The position numbers and the translations under genes are program-made. From positions 32,966 through 96,965 of the forward strand of contig NYTS01000021.1 of assembly GCA_002683655.1 (NCBI GenBank): a stretch of 64,000 nucleotides of DNA, written 5' to 3'. Each line of letters opens with the position of its first letter. Position 1 is the stretch's first letter. The DNA is from Deltaproteobacteria bacterium (GTDB lineage: Bacteria > SAR324 > NAC60-12). The notes under the pieces were generated by a model. It was not told where the DNA came from. It made no database searches and was given only the letters and a program-made list of their open reading frames with translations. Of this stretch, positions 9,242 to 19,222 are shown one piece after another.

Positions 9242-10780
9242 TCATAGTTCTTCAAGGTGTTCCTTTAGCCAAACAGCTCTCTCACGGATAGCTACTTGCT
9301 CGTCTGAGTCCATTTTGTCCCAAGTCCGATAGACCATGCCGATGCGTGGATTTCGACTCAGCTTTTCACGATGTCGGTCATGGAAGTCCCAATATAGACT
9401 ATTGAAGGGGCAAGCCAACATGCCGTGTCTGGATTTCGCATCGTATGGACACTGCTCGCAATAGTGTCCCATTTTCTTGAGATAGTTGGCAGAAGACACA
9501 TACGGTTTCGTTGCCAGCAATCCTCCATCGGCAAATTGACTCATCCCACGCGTATTGGGCAACTCAACCCACTCGATTGCATCGATATAAATTCCCAAAT
9601 ACCACTGATCGACCTCAGCTGGATCAATTCCAGCCAACAACGCAAAATTACCCGTAACCATCAATCGTTGAATATGATGAGCATATGCATACTCAAGAGA
9701 TTGCTCTATAGCATGTGACAAGCAGCGCATTCTGGTTTTCGCATTCCAGAACCAGGATGGTAGGGGGAGTTTGTGTCCAAGGGCATTACTCTCCGAATAA
9801 GCCGGCATCTCTGCCCAGTAGATTCCTCGGATATATTCACGCCAGCCAAGGATTTGCCGAACAAAGCCCTCTACCTGGGCCAAGCTGATTTGATCTGGAC
9901 GGTCCTCCCATTCTTGAATCACTCTATCCAGCACTTCCCTTGGGTGCAGAATCTTCAAGTTCAGAGCAAATGAAAGCCTCGAGTGAAAAAGGAAAGGGTC
10001 TTCCTCGGTCATTGCATCCTGATAACTTCCAAAATGAGGCAGTCCAAATTTGCAGAAGTGCTCGAGTAATTTGAGACTCTGTGCCCGATCAATAGGCCAC
10101 TCAAGTTGATTGTTGTGAATCGAACCGATCGTTTGTACACCTGCATTACGGACCATCTCCAAAAGTTCATCAACCTGGTTTGCCAACGCCACTCTTGGTG
10201 GAATAGGGACTTGTCCATCATATTTTTGCCGATTCTCTGCATCAAAATTCCACTTGCCACCTGATGGTTTTGAGCCCTGCATCAAGAGCCCTGTTTGCTT
10301 ACGCAAGTGACGATAGAAAGACTCCAGCAAGTACTGCTTTTTGCCGACAAAGAAATCCTTAACCGCTTCTCGATCACAGAGAAAATGCTCGGTATCCACC
10401 ATTATTGAGGATACCCCTGCTTGACTACTCAACTTCAGAAACATTTGATCCAGACGATACTCATCAGGTGACTGATAAGCCCAGGTCGCCTCAGGGTTCT
10501 CCTCCAGAGCCCACTTAAGGTTTTCACCAAAGGACTGCTGGTTTCTTGGATCATCTAGTTTAAGATACAAAATCCGGTGTCCCTTTGCTGAAAGAAGAGC
10601 AGCAAACGCTCGCATCGCTGCAAAAAAAGCAATCACTTTCTGAATATGATGCGAGACGTAATCGGTTTCGGAACGTACCTCCATCATCAAGTACAAAACT
10701 TCTGGGCTCACCTTTTCAAACCAACTATGCCCCTCGTTCAACTGGTCCCCAAGAATGAGTCGGACCTCTTTAATTACCAT
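9242..10780 (-). CDS. FeS-cluster bacterial cryptochrome/photolyase (FeS-BCP; PhrB/CryB-type (6-4) photolyase)
   Basis: Cryptochrome/photolyase-family sequence with four Cys in the PhrB pattern: RCLSHAIEQ, then YCEQC-x12-C (C-x2-C-x12-C). GGAGG lies 9 nt upstream of the ATG. Confidence 0.85.
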   Translation of the reverse strand: MVIKEVRLILGDQLNEGHSWFEKVSPEVLYLMMEVRSETDYVSHHIQKVIAFFAAMRAFAALLSAKGHRILYLKLDDPRNQQSFGENLKWALEENPEATWAYQSPDEYRLDQMFLKLSSQAGVSSIMVDTEHFLCDREAVKDFFVGKKQYLLESFYRHLRKQTGLLMQGSKPSGGKWNFDAENRQKYDGQVPIPPRVALANQVDELLEMVRNAGVQTIGSIHNNQLEWPIDRAQSLKLLEHFCKFGLPHFGSYQDAMTEEDPFLFHSRLSFALNLKILHPREVLDRVIQEWEDRPDQISLAQVEGFVRQILGWREYIRGIYWAEMPAYSESNALGHKLPLPSWFWNAKTRMRCLSHAIEQSLEYAYAHHIQRLMVTGNFALLAGIDPAEVDQWYLGIYIDAIEWVELPNTRGMSQFADGGLLATKPYVSSANYLKKMGHYCEQCPYDAKSRHGMLACPFNSLYWDFHDRHREKLSRNPRIGMVYRTWDKMDSDEQVAIRERAVWLKEHLEEL

Positions 10781-10907
10781 CTAGTAGTACCTCCGATAAA
10801 TTTCTAATCATTTTTTGCAATTTTAGTTGCAATTGAGGGAGTTAGGCGTTAAAATTTTTATTTCATTAAGAACTCTTTCCTATAAACTTCTCTACCAAGG
10901 AAAAATT

Positions 10908-11210
10908 ATGTTTGCTGAATTCAACAACGTTGTGAAAGAAGTTTGCAATAACATGTACGATCAAGGCATGAAGAATGTTGCGCTGATGGAAGATTCCCAG
11001 AAGCAATTCATTGCTTTGAGTTACAAAGCTGTAGACGGCCTAGAAGGATGGAATTCTTTCGTACAACCAATGCAAGTAGCTCAGACACAAATGCTGGATA
11101 TGAGCTACTCCGCAATGCGCACCGCTTCTTCCCAAATGAAAGCGATGACCGACGAAGCCGTCAGCAACTTTGAGAATACTGTGGTCTCCGCGATGCCAAA
11201 AGCCAGCTGA
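10908..11210 (+). CDS. Small helical hypothetical protein (phasin-like composition)
   Basis: 100-aa ORF from ATG 10908 with AAGGA upstream, followed by a clean terminator. I recognise no diagnostic motif, so the phasin-like label is only an impression. Confidence 0.4.
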   Translation: MFAEFNNVVKEVCNNMYDQGMKNVALMEDSQKQFIALSYKAVDGLEGWNSFVQPMQVAQTQMLDMSYSAMRTASSQMKAMTDEAVSNFENTVVSAMPKAS

Positions 11211-11237
11211 GTGGCGTATTTCGACTGACGACCTCGC

Positions 11238-11283
11238 AAAAAGCGCAATAAATTCTCTTGAGAATCTGCTGCGCTTTTTTTGC
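11238..11283 (+). terminator. Rho-independent terminator
   Basis: AAAAAGCGCA (11238-11247) pairs with TGCGCTTTTT (11270-11279), with an inner ATTCTC/GAGAAT helix and a trailing T-run. It lies directly after the stop at 11210. Confidence 0.6.
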
Positions 11284-11381
11284 TTTAACCTCCCTTGCTT
11301 GCATCCTCACTCTAGCCTAGCTACATTCTTTAAGCTATAACAGTGCTTTCCTAAAATTGATGCGTCTGCTGAACTGAATTC

Positions 11382-12749
11382 ATGCAATTATCAGCTGAAC
11401 TTACGAAACTAGCCAACGCCATTCATCAACAAGGTGGACAACCGATCCTTGTCGGAGGGAGCGTGAGGGACTATTTGCTGGGACAACTGCTTCCTAAAGA
11501 TTTGGATTTGGAAGTCTACCGTCTCGAAGCGAATGAACTTGAGGGAGTGTTGTCCCAATTCGGTAAGGTACTTCGAGTTGGCAAAAGCTTTGGAGTGCTG
11601 AAGCTGATCACCCAACATGCCGAGTATGATGTAAGCCTTCCCAGACGTGAAAGTAAGACCGGTAAAGGGCACAAGGGTTTTTTGGTCAATGCTGATCCCC
11701 AAATGACATTTGAAGAGGCTTCGGCTCGCAGGGATTTTACCGTCAACAGCATCGGCTTCGACCCCATTCAACAGCTATGGTTAGATCCACATCTCGGTCA
11801 GGAAGATTTGAAGAAGGGTATTCTCCGCCATGTTGGGCCCGCATTTGCTGAGGACCCCTTGCGGGTGCTACGAGGAGCCCAGTTCGCAGCTCGTCTGAAT
11901 TTTCAGTTGGCCCCAGAGACTATTGAACTATGCAAGACTCTGGATTTGAATGAATTGTCCCGTGAGAGGTTGCTGGGTGAGTTCAAGAAACTACTGCTTC
12001 GTCCAGAACGGCCGTCTATTGGGCTGGAAATCCTTCGGCAGACCAAAGCCTTACGTTTCTTTCCAGAGTTGGAAGCCCTGATTGATGTGCCGCAAGATCC
12101 GACCTGGCATCCTGAAGGGTGTGTCTGGTCCCACACGCTGATGGTAGTGGATGAGGCCTCAAGACTGCGTGTTGGTGAGGAAAAAGCCGACCTCGTTTTG
12201 ATGTTTGGAGCTCTATGTCATGACTTCGGTAAGCCTGAGACAACGATCTGGAAAGACGGGCACTGGCGCAGTCCTGCACACGATTTTCTGGGAATGCAGC
12301 CCACCGAAAAATTTTTGAGAAGGTTAACAGATGAAGCTTCTCTGATAGAAAAAGTGACGGTTTTAGTGAGGGAACATCTCCGCCCATCTATGCTCTACAA
12401 CGACCGTGAAAAGGTCACGCCCGGTGCGATTCGGAGGCTGGCTCTACGCATATCTATTCCAGAATTACTACGGGTAGCGGAAGCTGATCATTTTGGTAGG
12501 ACTACTGAAGATGCATTACGCCGAGAGTTTCCAGCCAAACAATGGCTTCTGAATCAGGCGTCTCAGCTTGATGTTCGTGATGAGAAACCCAAACCCTTTT
12601 TAAAGGGTCGGCACCTTCTCCAGCTAGGCATGCGACCGGGTCCCCAAATGGGGAAAGTCCTTGAAGAAGCCTTTGTGCTACAGTTGGACGGAGCCATCGT
12701 TAATTTGGAAGAAGCCAAAGCTTGGGCCAATCAACGCCTTAATTCCTGA
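11382..12749 (+). CDS. cca: CCA-adding tRNA nucleotidyltransferase with HD domain
   Basis: GGSVRDYLLG...DLDLEV polymerase-beta head motif, RRDFTVNS, and an HD-domain segment (LCHDFGK). Confidence 0.85.
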   Translation: MQLSAELTKLANAIHQQGGQPILVGGSVRDYLLGQLLPKDLDLEVYRLEANELEGVLSQFGKVLRVGKSFGVLKLITQHAEYDVSLPRRESKTGKGHKGFLVNADPQMTFEEASARRDFTVNSIGFDPIQQLWLDPHLGQEDLKKGILRHVGPAFAEDPLRVLRGAQFAARLNFQLAPETIELCKTLDLNELSRERLLGEFKKLLLRPERPSIGLEILRQTKALRFFPELEALIDVPQDPTWHPEGCVWSHTLMVVDEASRLRVGEEKADLVLMFGALCHDFGKPETTIWKDGHWRSPAHDFLGMQPTEKFLRRLTDEASLIEKVTVLVREHLRPSMLYNDREKVTPGAIRRLALRISIPELLRVAEADHFGRTTEDALRREFPAKQWLLNQASQLDVRDEKPKPFLKGRHLLQLGMRPGPQMGKVLEEAFVLQLDGAIVNLEEAKAWANQRLNS

Positions 12750-12943
12750 TTCGGCAACTGCAACCGTTTGATTTGTGGGAGGGATTGCTTGCGACACTGC
12801 CAGAACCAAATTAGACAGCGCAAAACAATCCCAGCAGCCATTGGATAAGCATACCAGGGTGGATCACTAAGATAGGCCTGCCAGGTCCACCAGCCGGTTC
12901 CAGCCAAAATGAGCACAGGGAAGCAGGCAGACCAATGCATCAT
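12731..12943 (-). CDS. Hypothetical small Trp-rich membrane protein
   Basis: 70-aa ORF with two hydrophobic segments filling the cca-fmdB gap. It overlaps the cca 3' end by 19 nt. There is no family evidence. Confidence 0.2.
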   Translation of the reverse strand: MMHWSACFPVLILAGTGWWTWQAYLSDPPWYAYPMAAGIVLRCLIWFWQCRKQSLPQIKRLQLPNQELRR

Positions 12944-13141
12944 AAGCCATCCTGAGTTTTCAAGGAGAATTCATGGGCAAGGAGGACGCAGCTCTCCCCT
13001 TCACTAGTTAGAGAGAGAAAGTAAAAGATTCAGAACGCAACTACAATCGCCAAAAAAATCACCAAGACCTAAGAGCACAACTTGATGAATTGAACTCTAA
13101 AGTGGACACGTCAATTGTGAAACCTTCCATCAAGGATCCAG

Positions 13142-13438
13142 ATGCCCCTTTATGAATATGCATGTGCAGGCTGTGGAGAGAAATGCGAGGTGCTGCAAAA
13201 AAGCCATGAGCCCAATCCACAAAATTGCCCAAATTGTGGACAACCAGCACTTCAACGGGTAGTTTCTGATTTTGGCACCAAGCTACCCGGGCTTGAGAGT
13301 CGTCAGGAACTACGTAAGCGCTTGCCCAAGTCTCAGCACCAGACCAACGGAGCAGTAGTCACTCATTCTCATGGACCTGCCTGTGGGCACAGTTCTGGTT
13401 TTTCACAACGCTTGAAGCAATACGAAAAACGGATGTAA
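13142..13438 (+). CDS. FmdB-family zinc-ribbon protein
   Basis: MPLYEYAC-x2-C...C-x2-C (YACAGCGEK...NCPNCG) is the CxxC_CxxC_SSSS regulatory zinc-ribbon signature. Confidence 0.8.
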   Translation: MPLYEYACAGCGEKCEVLQKSHEPNPQNCPNCGQPALQRVVSDFGTKLPGLESRQELRKRLPKSQHQTNGAVVTHSHGPACGHSSGFSQRLKQYEKRM

Positions 13439-13751
13439 ATTCCTTCTTCCCGATGAATCAAAAAAAGAAGATTCTCAGCAAATAACCTCAATATGCGGAA
13501 AGAACATATATCTCAGTCCTTTGCTTCCACCAACGATTTAGATTAGAAGGACATTTCTCTCCCACAACTCTGCCGAATCGATGAAGATTTTGTAAATTTA
13601 TCAGCCTTTGCCAAGGCCTACCCTGAACGAAGCTGATTCGAACTTGATGATCTTTGTCCAGACTCTGTTTGAGCAAACAGGTACCCTTCACGTGTCAAAT
13701 CTCAACTCAGTAAAACACCTATTCTTTTTAAAAAAACCAAAGGCAAAATCG

Positions 13752-14312
13752 ATGAAATTGTTCCTTGTCCGACATGGAGAGGTTTTCAACCCAAAGCAAA
13801 TCATCTATGGCAAAATCCCTGGTTACTTTCTCAGTGACAAAGGTTGCCAGGACATCAAAAACACAGCTGAAAAGCTGCAGGAGAATGGGCCATTTGAGCT
13901 GATTTTTGCTTCACCAATGGATCGGACTCGCCAGAGTGCTGAAATCATCTCTTCCATAGTCCCGTCAACTATCGAACTGGAACCGAGGATCACAGAGACA
14001 GATGTGGGAAGTTTTCAGGGAGAGCATTTCACCGAACTACCCGTAGATTATTTCAGTAATTCCTCTGAGAAATATGGCATCGAGTCGCCAACGATGGTAC
14101 TGAGCCGGATGATGAATTGGTTTGAAGAGATCCGAAAGAAACATGTTGGAAGGACACTCATAGCGGTTTCACATCGAGATCCGATTGGTGCTCTGGTGAA
14201 CGAATTGAACAAGGCCGCAACTGAAAAGGTTGAGAATTGCTTCCCAGATACAGCTCAAGCTTTCGGAGTCGAATTATTCGGGGATCAACTGAACATCCAA
14301 CCACTGCAGTAA
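13752..14312 (+). CDS. Histidine phosphatase (phosphoglycerate-mutase-like) family protein
   Basis: MKLFLVRHGE (RHG catalytic motif) starts at ATG 13752, with a second His in AVSHRD. The longer ORF from 13608 has no support. Confidence 0.75.
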   Translation: MKLFLVRHGEVFNPKQIIYGKIPGYFLSDKGCQDIKNTAEKLQENGPFELIFASPMDRTRQSAEIISSIVPSTIELEPRITETDVGSFQGEHFTELPVDYFSNSSEKYGIESPTMVLSRMMNWFEEIRKKHVGRTLIAVSHRDPIGALVNELNKAATEKVENCFPDTAQAFGVELFGDQLNIQPLQ

Positions 14313-14366
14313 TTCTGACAGCTAGCGATAAAGCTGAGATTGAACCAAACGAATGAAAGAGGTGAT

Positions 14367-15014
14367 TCAGGGCAACTGGAGATACTTGTGGAGTTGCACA
14401 GAAATTTTCCAATCTGGCTTATGCCGAAGAACTTTTAGAATCAGGGGGGTAGCTTCTCCTTTTTTAGACCATTCCGGTTGCAGATAGATCGGAATTCCAT
14501 GTTGGGCAGCTTGATCTAGTAATTGTTCGTAAGCTTCCAAATCATTAGCCCGACTGATCACCACCTTGATTTCCTGAGAATGTGACCAGAAAGTTGGACT
14601 CAGCAGATCTTTCGGATATTCTGTGGCATGCAATTTTGGGCTGAACGTTACCCAAACCTGGGGAAACTTCTCAAAAGGGAAGGCCTTCGCCCCACTCGTT
14701 TCAACCGCCACTTCAAAGTCGTCTCCCACCAATCTCTCAAGCAATTCCTCAAAGTCCTGATGATAGAGTGGTTCTCCCCCACTGATGACGACATAGCGAC
14801 TTTGCAATTGTTCTCGCAGGGATTCATAGTCTATTGACTCTCGAGTGAGTTTGTTCAAATCCTCACGGTCTCTTGGTGCATAGCCTGTATCGCAAAACCA
14901 GCAACCAACCGGACAACCGAAGAGTCGAATAAATGAACAACTTCTTCCTGCATGGAATCCCTCTCCCTGGATCGTCAGAGGAATGATTTCCTGAATGTTT
15001 TTAATGACTGTCAA
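14367..15014 (-). CDS. queE: 7-carboxy-7-deazaguanine synthase (radical SAM)
   Basis: IQGEGFHAGRSCSFIRLFGCPVGCWFCDT shows the QueE-type N-terminus with a CX3CX2C cluster motif. The start is TTG. Confidence 0.8.
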   Translation of the reverse strand: MTVIKNIQEIIPLTIQGEGFHAGRSCSFIRLFGCPVGCWFCDTGYAPRDREDLNKLTRESIDYESLREQLQSRYVVISGGEPLYHQDFEELLERLVGDDFEVAVETSGAKAFPFEKFPQVWVTFSPKLHATEYPKDLLSPTFWSHSQEIKVVISRANDLEAYEQLLDQAAQHGIPIYLQPEWSKKGEATPLILKVLRHKPDWKISVQLHKYLQLP

Positions 15015-15111
15015 AGAAGGATGTCGAAAAAGGAATTAAATCAGCTGCCAGCTGTTGCAGAACCATGGATGCTTTTTCTAAATCTAGACTCTAAAAGCGG
15101 GAGATAGTCAA

Positions 15112-15894
15112 ATGATAGACTCAAAAACATACTTTACTGAAAATCGTGATCAACAAATTGCCTATAGAAAATATGGATTGAATGGAAATGAAACAATAGT
15201 CTTCCTACATGGTTTGACAAGCAAGAAGGAGGACTGGAATTCACCAGAGGCTAACAAGGGGATGACTTACATTGAATTCTTTGTAAACAAGGGTTATCGA
15301 TGCATATCTGTTGATTGTCTTTCACATGGAGAAAGTTCCAAACCCGAGGAAGCTGCAAACTATGATCGTAGACTACTAGCTCTCGATTTTATTTCTGTGA
15401 TGGATGCCGAAAAAATCGAAAGAGCTCATTTTATTGGTTATTCCATGGGTGGTTTATTAGGGTGCTGTGTGGCAAAATTTTATCCACATCGACTGAAAAG
15501 TTTGATGCTTGGTGGACACTGCCCTGGAGTAGGTTCTGCAGAAGAGATGGCGAGGCAGGATGTCGGCAAACTTACTTTTGATAAAGCCCAAGAAATATTT
15601 GGAGACGATTTCCTCGAGCAGTTTCCCAAGGAACATTTGCCAGCCATCAGAAACATCTTTGATACGATGGAGGCAGTTGAGGGGTTGGAGACAGCGGTAG
15701 CAAGTCTAAACCTGCCAGTACTTTTGTGGGTAGGCCAGGAGGAACCTATTATTTTTGAGAAAGGGAAATCGTTAGCAAAGCAACATGGTTGGGAATTTTT
15801 TTCAGTTGAAGGTGATCACATCGGTGGTTTTGTCAACGCAGGTTCAGTTCTACCCCAACTCTTTCAGTTTTTGAGTAGGACTTCACACGGCTAG
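15112..15894 (+). CDS. Alpha/beta-fold hydrolase
   Basis: HGL oxyanion segment (VFLHGLTS) and GYSMGG nucleophile elbow. GC is lower than in its neighbours. Confidence 0.75.
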   Translation: MIDSKTYFTENRDQQIAYRKYGLNGNETIVFLHGLTSKKEDWNSPEANKGMTYIEFFVNKGYRCISVDCLSHGESSKPEEAANYDRRLLALDFISVMDAEKIERAHFIGYSMGGLLGCCVAKFYPHRLKSLMLGGHCPGVGSAEEMARQDVGKLTFDKAQEIFGDDFLEQFPKEHLPAIRNIFDTMEAVEGLETAVASLNLPVLLWVGQEEPIIFEKGKSLAKQHGWEFFSVEGDHIGGFVNAGSVLPQLFQFLSRTSHG

Positions 15895-15993
15895 AACCTA
15901 TTCTTTTCTAAGTAGCAACCACTTGGTGTCAGCGATTGTCTGGCTCAATTGATTGTGAGCACTAAAAAATTCCCTTTTTGAATTGTAATCTCG

Positions 15994-16866
15994 ATGAAAG
16001 ACAAACTATTAGGCTTTATCGGTTTGGGAAACATGGGGCAACCCATGGCGCAACACATTGCTCGTAAAGGCTACCGCCTACTGGTTCATGATATTGCTGG
16101 AACAAGAGAAAGAGCTCCCGAGAACACCTTGATTGCAGCATCCAATGCTGAGGTGGTGGAGCGTGCCCAAGTGGTAGCTTTATCGCTACCTACCGTGGAG
16201 GTCAATCAACTCGTTGTTCAAGAAATTGCGAAATTGCAGACTGATGTGTGTACGATCGTGGATACCTGCACCATTGGTCCTGCCGCTGCTGCCAAGAATG
16301 CTCAAGTGCTGACCAAAGCAGGTCTTGGCTATGTGGACAGTCCCGTTTCGGGTCTACGGTTTAGAGCTGTCGAAGGAACTCTCACGAGTATGGTCTCCGG
16401 TCCTGTGAACCAAATTGATCAGTCTCGTCCATTGATCGAGTGCTATTCGGCAAATGTATTTGTCGTGGGAGAGGAAGCTGGACAAGGTCAGCAGATGAAA
16501 ATGATCAACAATGCACTTTGCATTTCCTCTTATGTGACGACCAGCGAGGCCCTGGCATACGGGGAATCCGGTGGATTACAAATGGAAACGATGCTGGCGG
16601 TGATCAACGCAAGTTCTGGACAGAGTTTTGCGACAAGTCAGACCTTTCCGAAGTTTGTGGCTTCCGGAAAATTCAACTCTGGCTGTGAGGCACACATCAT
16701 TGAAAAAGACCTTAGGCTGTTCGTTGAGGATGCCTTGCGACAGGGAACGGACAACTCGGTGATTGCCAAGGCTTTGGAACGGGTTGCCGACTTTGTTGCA
16801 GAAGACAGAACTCAGGATCAGTTCCGCATTTATCCGTTCATCAAATCATCCAAACCGGATAATTGA
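15994..16866 (+). CDS. NAD(P)-dependent beta-hydroxyacid (3-hydroxyisobutyrate-type) dehydrogenase
   Basis: LGFIGLGNMGQPMAQHI Rossmann motif; the length and internal pattern are typical of the 3-HIBDH family. Confidence 0.8.
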   Translation: MKDKLLGFIGLGNMGQPMAQHIARKGYRLLVHDIAGTRERAPENTLIAASNAEVVERAQVVALSLPTVEVNQLVVQEIAKLQTDVCTIVDTCTIGPAAAAKNAQVLTKAGLGYVDSPVSGLRFRAVEGTLTSMVSGPVNQIDQSRPLIECYSANVFVVGEEAGQGQQMKMINNALCISSYVTTSEALAYGESGGLQMETMLAVINASSGQSFATSQTFPKFVASGKFNSGCEAHIIEKDLRLFVEDALRQGTDNSVIAKALERVADFVAEDRTQDQFRIYPFIKSSKPDN

Positions 16867-16868
16867 TC

Positions 16869-18122
16869 TCAGACCAAGGCAGACTGAGCCTTAAGATCTG
16901 CAATCACCTGGTGTGATTGAGGGGGTTCACCTTGTTGAGCGAATAGCGCTGCAGCCACACCGGCAGCTTGTCCGGTGGCAAAGGAAGTTCCCATTACCCG
17001 AATGGAACCATAAGCCGCAGCATCCGCGCCAATGGTGCGGCCAGCCAACCAGAGATGGGGAATCTTTGTAGAAAGCGACTCTAGGGGGATTAAACCATAC
17101 CCTGCCCCCCCAATCGGATGATAAGATGGCTTTCCCGGCTTTGAGTGATCTTCCATCGGCCAGGCGGCACGGGCAATTCCGGAGTCAAACTTTCTACCAA
17201 TCTGCAAATCTTCTCGTTTGAGTGCGTATTGAGCCTCAGGACACCAAGCTTGCCGAATGCCAATTTGTGGTCCTGTATTCACGATGTGGCAGTTCTCAAA
17301 TCCGGCTACTTCAGCACGCAGAACTTCCACTAAGTCATGGGCGATCTTGCGTCCCAACCACTCTGCCTTTGTGACCAACTCTTCCTGAACATCATTCAGT
17401 CCAAGATCGACGATCATCCAGAGCCAGTCATTGGAATTGGGAACCCTCATGAAGACTCCACCATCCTGACGCGGAATGGGATGAACAGCCTGCCGATTGT
17501 ATAACTCAACAGCCACTTTGATAGCCTCTCGATCAATAATCAGATACTTGGCAAGGCCTCCCAGTCGAATGGGAAGTGACATGGACTGGAGGGGCTGTTC
17601 CTGCTGATTTAGGATGCAAGGGAGGCCCACAAATTTGGCAAGCTGGCCATTGCCGGTGGCATCGACAAAGGCCGTTCCAGAGAGTGATCTTTGCTGAAAA
17701 AGACCTACCAAGTCAATCACCTCAAGATGACTCCCCTGCTTTTTCACGTCAACAAGCGTGGTGTGTAGAAAGAGTTCCACTCGATGGGAAAGTACGACTT
17801 GATCGAGAGCATATTTCAGCTTCTCAGGATCAAGTAAGATGATGCGATTACCAGTTAATTCGGAGAGGTGCGGTTGTATATTTTCCCCCAGCTTTGCCAG
17901 TTCCAACAGAACCTGGTAACCAACACCCCCGATTGCACGGTCTCCCCGTGCGTCGCATTGATAGAAACCACAGTAAGACAACACCTGCGAATTGGTAGCG
18001 GCTCCACCCAAAAAGCCATAGCGTTCCAGCAGGGCCACCCGAGCTCCAGATTGGGCTGCTCCAACGGCGGCACCGATCCCTGCAGCACCTCCCCCACAAA
18101 CAATGACGTCATAGGATTCCAT
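16869..18122 (-). CDS. FAD-dependent oxidoreductase (FAD_oxidored-type)
   Basis: YDVIVCGGGAAGIGAAVGAAQSGARVALLERYGFLGG dinucleotide-binding N-terminus. It is the last gene of the NitT/TauT ABC operon. Confidence 0.7.
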   Translation of the reverse strand: MESYDVIVCGGGAAGIGAAVGAAQSGARVALLERYGFLGGAATNSQVLSYCGFYQCDARGDRAIGGVGYQVLLELAKLGENIQPHLSELTGNRIILLDPEKLKYALDQVVLSHRVELFLHTTLVDVKKQGSHLEVIDLVGLFQQRSLSGTAFVDATGNGQLAKFVGLPCILNQQEQPLQSMSLPIRLGGLAKYLIIDREAIKVAVELYNRQAVHPIPRQDGGVFMRVPNSNDWLWMIVDLGLNDVQEELVTKAEWLGRKIAHDLVEVLRAEVAGFENCHIVNTGPQIGIRQAWCPEAQYALKREDLQIGRKFDSGIARAAWPMEDHSKPGKPSYHPIGGAGYGLIPLESLSTKIPHLWLAGRTIGADAAAYGSIRVMGTSFATGQAAGVAAALFAQQGEPPQSHQVIADLKAQSALV

Positions 18123-18155
18123 CGAAACCTCTCTGGGGAAGATTGGAGGAACAAG

Positions 18156-19193
18156 TCATTTGAAGAGAGAGTGGCGTTTCCAGGGAAGAGCCAGATACTG
18201 GAGCAGTTTCAGGACCAGGGTAGTCAGGATGCCGATCAGCATGACTGTGATCAAACCAGCATACATCTTCTCTGGCGCCAGGATTTCCCAGTTGTAGTAG
18301 ATCAGGTAGCCAACTCCCTTCTCGGCTCGGAGAAATTCAACCGCAATGATCACGATCAGAGCCATTCCAAGAGCAACTCGCATCCCTGAAAAGATTGATG
18401 GCAAGGAACCTGGCAGGATAACCTTGAAGAAAAGTTTCAGTCCATGCGCTCCATAATTGTGGCCTGCCAGAATATAAATTCCTTCAATATTCTGGACTGC
18501 ACCCATCGTGTGAATGGTCATCATGAAAAAGACGGAAAGAGCAACCACGGCAATTCGCGGCGCATCTCCAAAGGGATCGGCAAAGACCAGCATCACGATG
18601 GGAAAAATTGCGATTTTTGGAAGTACATAGATTGCTGAAAGGATGCTGTCAAACATCAGACGGATCGTCTTGTTCATCCCCATCAGGAAGCCACAAAAAA
18701 CTGCTGGGACCAGACCAATCACAAAACCCATGACCACTCGATACAAAGTCGCCCAGACATGGCCTTCTTCGATCAATTTCCAGACTCCTTCGAGACCCTG
18801 CTCTTGATAACGTTCCAGAATCATCCATGGACGTCCCAAAAGGGTGGTCTCGCTGAACTTTTCCGGGACCGTGATTAGCTCCCAGAGAGAGGCAAGAATC
18901 TTGGTGGGCTCTGGGAACCAAGTTGGGTTGATCTTGCCAGTACTAGCAAAGATTTCCCAGATTGAGAGCAACAAAATGGGAAATAGCAAAGTCACAAAGC
19001 GCTCCGAGCTTTTTTTATAGCGAACCGGGACTAATTTCATTGCATCATTGACGATCTTGCCAAAAATGATCACATCAATCACCAAGCACATCAGCACCTG
19101 ATTCGTCCATAAGTCGAGAAAGTAGAGAACCAGGTTCAGCAACAGAAATAATGGAATCTGAACGGAGAGCTTAATTGATTTTTCAGGATTCAT
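18156..19193 (-). CDS. ABC transporter permease (NitT/TauT family)
   Basis: Polytopic protein with the SsuC/TauC-like pattern (LLSIWEIF...PEPTKIL...). An alternative start at ATG 19040 (MKLVPVRYKK) would remove an atypical 51-aa extension. Confidence 0.8.
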   Translation of the reverse strand: MNPEKSIKLSVQIPLFLLLNLVLYFLDLWTNQVLMCLVIDVIIFGKIVNDAMKLVPVRYKKSSERFVTLLFPILLLSIWEIFASTGKINPTWFPEPTKILASLWELITVPEKFSETTLLGRPWMILERYQEQGLEGVWKLIEEGHVWATLYRVVMGFVIGLVPAVFCGFLMGMNKTIRLMFDSILSAIYVLPKIAIFPIVMLVFADPFGDAPRIAVVALSVFFMMTIHTMGAVQNIEGIYILAGHNYGAHGLKLFFKVILPGSLPSIFSGMRVALGMALIVIIAVEFLRAEKGVGYLIYYNWEILAPEKMYAGLITVMLIGILTTLVLKLLQYLALPWKRHSLFK

Positions 19194-19222
19194 AGGCTGA
19201 TCTGGTGTTTATTTTGAAGCAA

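Noticed and set aside
15015-15111. preQ1 riboswitch upstream of queE
   Set aside because: I read the minus-strand leader and recognised no preQ1-I/II-like core. The 97-bp region is also shared with a divergent gene. A covariance-model scan would be the decisive test.
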